Shown: one piece after another, positions 59,650-64,000 of the stretch | Layout of the letters: each line of letters starts with the position of its first letter | Numbering within the stretch: the first letter of the stretch is position 1 | Notes under the pieces: model-generated | What the model was told of the DNA's origin: nothing | What the model saw: only the letters and a program-made list of their open reading frames with translations | Database searches by the model: none | Assembly: GCF_947568905.1 (NCBI RefSeq) | Contig: NC_079166.1 | Coordinates: 47,616,001 to 47,680,000 of the forward strand | Origin: Ostrea edulis | Lineage: Eukaryota | Direction of reading: 5' to 3' | DNA length: 64,000 bases | Translations under genes and position numbers: made by a program

Positions 59650-60388
59650 TGCTTGTAAGACCCTTATATGCTCACTTGTGACCTCTCGTCTGGATTATGG
59701 CAATGCCTTACTATACGGTATAAGTACCAGTTTCTTGACTAGACTCTAAAAGATTCAAAACACCGCCGCCTGGATCACTACACGTACAAAGAAATATGAC
59801 AACATAACACCCATGTTAGTTAATTTACATTGTCTTGTCTCCCCGTAGAGCAGCGAATCCAGTACAAGCTGCTGCTACAGACTTTTAAAGCTTTAAATGG
59901 AACATCGCCATTATGTTTACAAGAACTTGTCAAATTTTACACTTCTAGTAGATCCCAGCGATCAGAAAACTATGTTTCTGGTGCAGTCACGTGCACATAC
60001 TAAGACATGGGCACAGACGGTTTGACGTGGTGAGTGCTACGCTCTGGAACAATCTACCCCAAGACCTGAGATCTGAGAAGAATTTTATTAATTTTAAAAA
60101 GTTATTAAAAACTTACCTTTTTACCATTGCTTATCCGGAATCTTCTTAGTGTTTATTTAATGTTGCTCATTTTTAAATTGACAACACAGCAATTTTACAT
60201 GTGAACATTACTAGTCCTTTTAAAGTTATATGTATATTCTTACGCGTTTTCAACTTGCATGTTTAAGCTCTAGTATTTATTAAGTAATTGTTTATGCTCT
60301 TATGTCCATAATTGTTTTATGTACAGCGCTTTAGAGTAATTTTACATTATATTTAGCGCTTTATAAATTTTGTATAATAATAATAATC
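59650..60388 (+). mobile_element. L2/CR1-clade LINE 3' remnant
   Basis: Decayed RT C-terminus SLVTSRLDYGNALLYGI..KIQNTAA..KYDNITPML..LPVEQRIQYKLLLQTFKALNG..LWNNLP, then a 3' tail AGCGCTTTAGAG..AGCGCTTTATAAAT(TAA)n. Confidence 0.8.
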
Positions 60389-61407
60389 TTATTTTTTCTT
60401 CTTCATTTGTGAAACAACATACTTTCACAATCGGGGGGGGGGGGGGGGGATAAATCCGGGGGAAAGGATGGTGCCAACAGACACTTGCTTGATATTTTTA
60501 TTAAAACTTACTATGCAATATATTAAGCAAGCGCCTGTTGGTACATTTATCCACAAAATCCAGCGTTTTAAAATACCTAATAATGCAATAATATGAAGTA
60601 TCAATATAAAATGGTGGATTCTGAGGATGGCTTCCTGTTCTCTCTGAAATTTCTGCTTCCGTTGTTAATAATAAGCCTTTTGATTTTACAAATGCTGACC
60701 TCATAACATCATTGCTTAAAATGTTTTCCGTTCCGCGTTTTAGCAACACCATTCTAGTTTATCACTCTCATATTCGTTAAACTACATGTATGTGATTAGC
60801 AATAATTCAACGGATTAGGATTTAACAGAATTCATTTTAGAAAGATTGCATGTATCTTGACGTAGAATTTTTTATAAATGTGATCGAAATCATAGACGAA
60901 ATACATTGCTTCGAAAATATGTGTATAATTATTTACTCAGCGTGCATAATATCTACTTCGAATAAAACAATCGAGTATTAAAAATCTATTACTGGTTAAA
61001 GATAATGTGCCATTCCTTGAGATTAACAATGTACTGAAGGGTTACTATAATGTAAATCTAAATTCTATTCGTTATTCTGTCGCACCATTTTTTTTTTTAC
61101 AAAACGAATGACAGGTTTCAGAAAAACACAGCGAAGTGCCGTATACATACTGTTACAAAAACGGTCTTTACCTTTAACGTCAGCATAACCCATATTGGAA
61201 ATATATATCATTCCAAAGAATAGAAAGATATAAAAGGGTTGAGTAGGCATATTCAATGTTGATGCTATCATGTACAATGTACACTCCGGGAATCAAAACA
61301 AAACGGATTAGGGAAGTAATTGTCATCGTGGATCTATTTAAAAATATAATTCTATGCAGAATGGTCCTTTAAGTTATGCTAACTTTTCAAACATACATGA
61401 ATTTTAA

Positions 61408-64000
61408 GGCCAAAAATAAATAATTGTTTGTTTCCCCAAACCCGACTCTATCAAGTCAGGTGTGGGTAGGTAGGTAGGTAAAATATTTTATTTTTGGGGG
61501 GAGGGGAATGTTTTTTGTAGTAGTAAATAGGAAATTACAAATCGGCATTAAAGGACAGTACTTTAAGCCCTAGTACACAAGTATGTATCAAGTGATAATT
61601 TCCCTCCTGTCTGGTGATATTAAATAAAAAATCTCTGAATATTTGAAATCATTTATTTTATTTAATTGGATTTCTCTTTGGTGGTGTTTTTCCAATAACA
61701 ATACAGTCTCCACAAACTGGCAGCACTACACGATGAGTCTTAAGGGCCTCTGTGTCTCTAGTCGCCCCCACAGCTGCACAGAAGGCACAAATATCGGGCT
61801 GTGCAAGGGTACTTGCATAATATGGAAATTCAACATGGGTGTTGCAATCCATTTGTAGACGGACATTTACAACTCCTTCAAGGGCATCACCTGAAATGGA
61901 GAAGAGACCATTTTTTACAAGCTGTTAAAATATCTTTGAGTACTATGAATATTAAGTATACCAGAAAAGTTTTCTTTCAAGGAATAAAATTTTCAAAACA
62001 GCCATCTGTCTTATTTTATTATAAGCAATAGAATATAAGTAGAATCTGTCAGAAATTTAATTCACTTCAATGTCAGAGATGATACCAGAATGGAATACTG
62101 TGTACTTGTATTTTATAAAACCATACAAAGTAGTATAACCCATCAATTGAATGAAAAATACAAAATAAAATCCACTGTCTGTGAGTGAGTGTACATTTTG
62201 ACTGCATGTCAGATACATGTGAAACTTAATGTTGATTAACATCAAACAATGACATACCAGATCATGTTACATGATGGGACAAGCTGATATTGGGGAAAAG
62301 GGCATACCTTCGGGTGTTATAACAGCTCCACAACAGTAATCATACTTGGTTAGCAGTCTGTCAAAAGCTCTGGATTGTCGAACAGTAAGAGATTTTTTGC
62401 TGTAGATACAACGAGGTTTCTGACACTCATAACACCTTACAATTTTCCTCACATTCTGGGCTATAAGTCCCTGGTTTCTTACTCCCTGAAAATTGTAAAA
62501 GAAAGGTTAAAAATATATGCATCTGTCCGACATCTAGTAGGAAGATAATCTTTATCATGGAAACAGAAAACATGTTTGGATTCATTTACCACTGTTCAAG
62601 GCTCTATTAGTTTTCTTTTAGATGCACAGGAGTCTTACATGGTATATATTAGATGGTATCTAATATATATTATTTATAATTGCTACAATAAAAAAGTGTA
62701 GACACACTCATTGAAATTTCCTTTGAATGAAGAGCTCAAACTTTACAAGATCAAAATTTACACAAGAGCTCTCGGAGAAGCTATCCACACATAAACATTA
62801 TATATGGGGCTAAAAAGAATCACATGAATATCTGACAAGAACTAAATTTAATTTTGCAAACCTGGATTTCCTCTGCAACAGCTTTTGTTGTCTGTGTTTG
62901 GGAAGATGGTCTATCTACTTCAGATGTTTCTGTGTTGATGACATCATCAAATGGCTTATAGTGAGCTGGATCGTTGCTCACCAAAGGGTCTGGAAGCCAT
63001 GGAAATTCATTTTCATACATCCTGGCAACACAACATCTACGATCGTTACACTTCTTTATCTGGAACCAGTAGTGTCGTTCCCGACAATGAGTACCCAGAA
63101 ACTCCTGGTAATCTATTAATAAAAAGAATTTTCTAATTCATTGGATGAGTATAACCAAAATGGCAAAATCACAATTTAACCAAAGAAATATTCAAATATT
63201 TGAATACAGCAAATAAGTCACACATTAAACAAGTTTAACCCCACCACATGTTGAATGTGCCTGTCCCATTGAAGTCAGGGATTCAATATGCCAGGAAATA
63301 TGTTATCTTTGAATTTTTTGTGATATGTATATTGTTACATATACATTTTTGATAATATTCAGGTAATTTAAAAGAGCAGTATAATTTCATATACGTTTTA
63401 TTAATTTGGTAAAATTTAGAGCTTTTTACAAGGAGACGACTTCCATCCCAGTTGAAGGCCTTATGGAAACCTCTGTAAATTTCCTTTATTTTTCTTGTGA
63501 ATAGAGTTCAGTCTCTCAGACACTCCCCCCATAATTTTAATATCAAATCTATATGAAAATATAGGTACCTAGTTTTGACTTTACATTCTGCTGCTGGTAT
63601 TTTCCAAGTTCAATATTCCCATCAATACAATTTAGGACTTGACGCTCAAACTCCTTGATATCTTCATTTTTAGCTGCAGAATGTACATTAAAGGGCACTT
63701 CTTTCAGTTTCAGTCTGGAAGTTCTTTCCCCTAACATTGATTTCAGAGGTCGAAGAGACTCCATCCATGCCTCTTTTAAGTTTGGGTTTTTCGTAGATTT
63801 CATACGAATGTCATTCATTGAATTTGCAGAACGCAAAACTTGTTCTATTTCACTTGTTGACTCTTCTCTCATTAAAGATGTGTTCTGAATTGCAAGATTC
63901 AAAATAGACATTATCCTCTCTGCGGGATTCGCCCAAGAATTTCCTGGAGCCGTACGGCCGGCTATTAACGTGTCGACGCCTAGTTGTTTGAACAGTACAA
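61408..64000 (-). mobile_element. Zator-like DNA transposon, one terminus in window, extends past the edge
   Basis: Terminus TAA|GGCCAAAAATAAATAATTGTTTGTTTCC at 61405-61435 (TWA target, GG end) lies 250 bp beyond the stop of a spliced transposase-like ORF. Confidence 0.6.
61658..64000 (-). CDS. Intron-containing DDE transposase-like protein, C-terminal part (Zator/IS630-Tc1-related)
   Basis: Exons >64000-63569 (..RTAPGNSWANPAERIMSILNLAIQ..), 63112-62862 (DYQEFLGTHCRERHYWFQIKKC..CC..WLPDP..HYKPF), 62485-62308 (..RCYECQKPRCIYS..YCCG) and 61890-61658 (..CNTHVEFPYY..CAFC..LPVCGDC..*). GT-AG introns, phases 1,0,1, no internal stops. Confidence 0.8.

Overview
Eukaryotic, AT-rich, repeat-dense genomic DNA with spliced genes and one 441-nt assembly gap (8811-9251). 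The repeat families and gene types point to a bivalve, probably an oyster (inference). Exons were traced by hand through GT-AG boundaries and reading-frame phase. They give three complete 5-exon paralogues of an uncharacterised secreted 10-cysteine protein with a GPI-like hydrophobic tail (6.1-8.7 kb +, 29.1-33.1 kb -, 39.3-40.7 kb -). There is also one complete EGF/mucin-stalk/TM receptor-like gene (11.1-15.6 kb +), two near-identical EGF exons on the minus strand (51.0 and 56.5 kb, one with a TM exon), and a 5-exon single-pass membrane protein with an alpha/beta cytoplasmic domain (18.2-25.0 kb +). An intron-containing, frame-intact DDE transposase (Zator-like) runs off the right edge. Mobile DNA includes tRNA-derived SINEs, eight Penelope-like 3' ends, L2 and Tc1 remnants, Helentron-type HINEs, nested hAT/MULE MITEs, and a Ginger-like element inserted into a SINE. 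The most unusual signal is that three unrelated minisatellites in three surface-protein genes each consist of the 3' end of an exon plus its 5' splice donor, which creates tandem arrays of 4, 6 and about 40 donor sites. No expression data or database searches were available, so all gene models are manual predictions.
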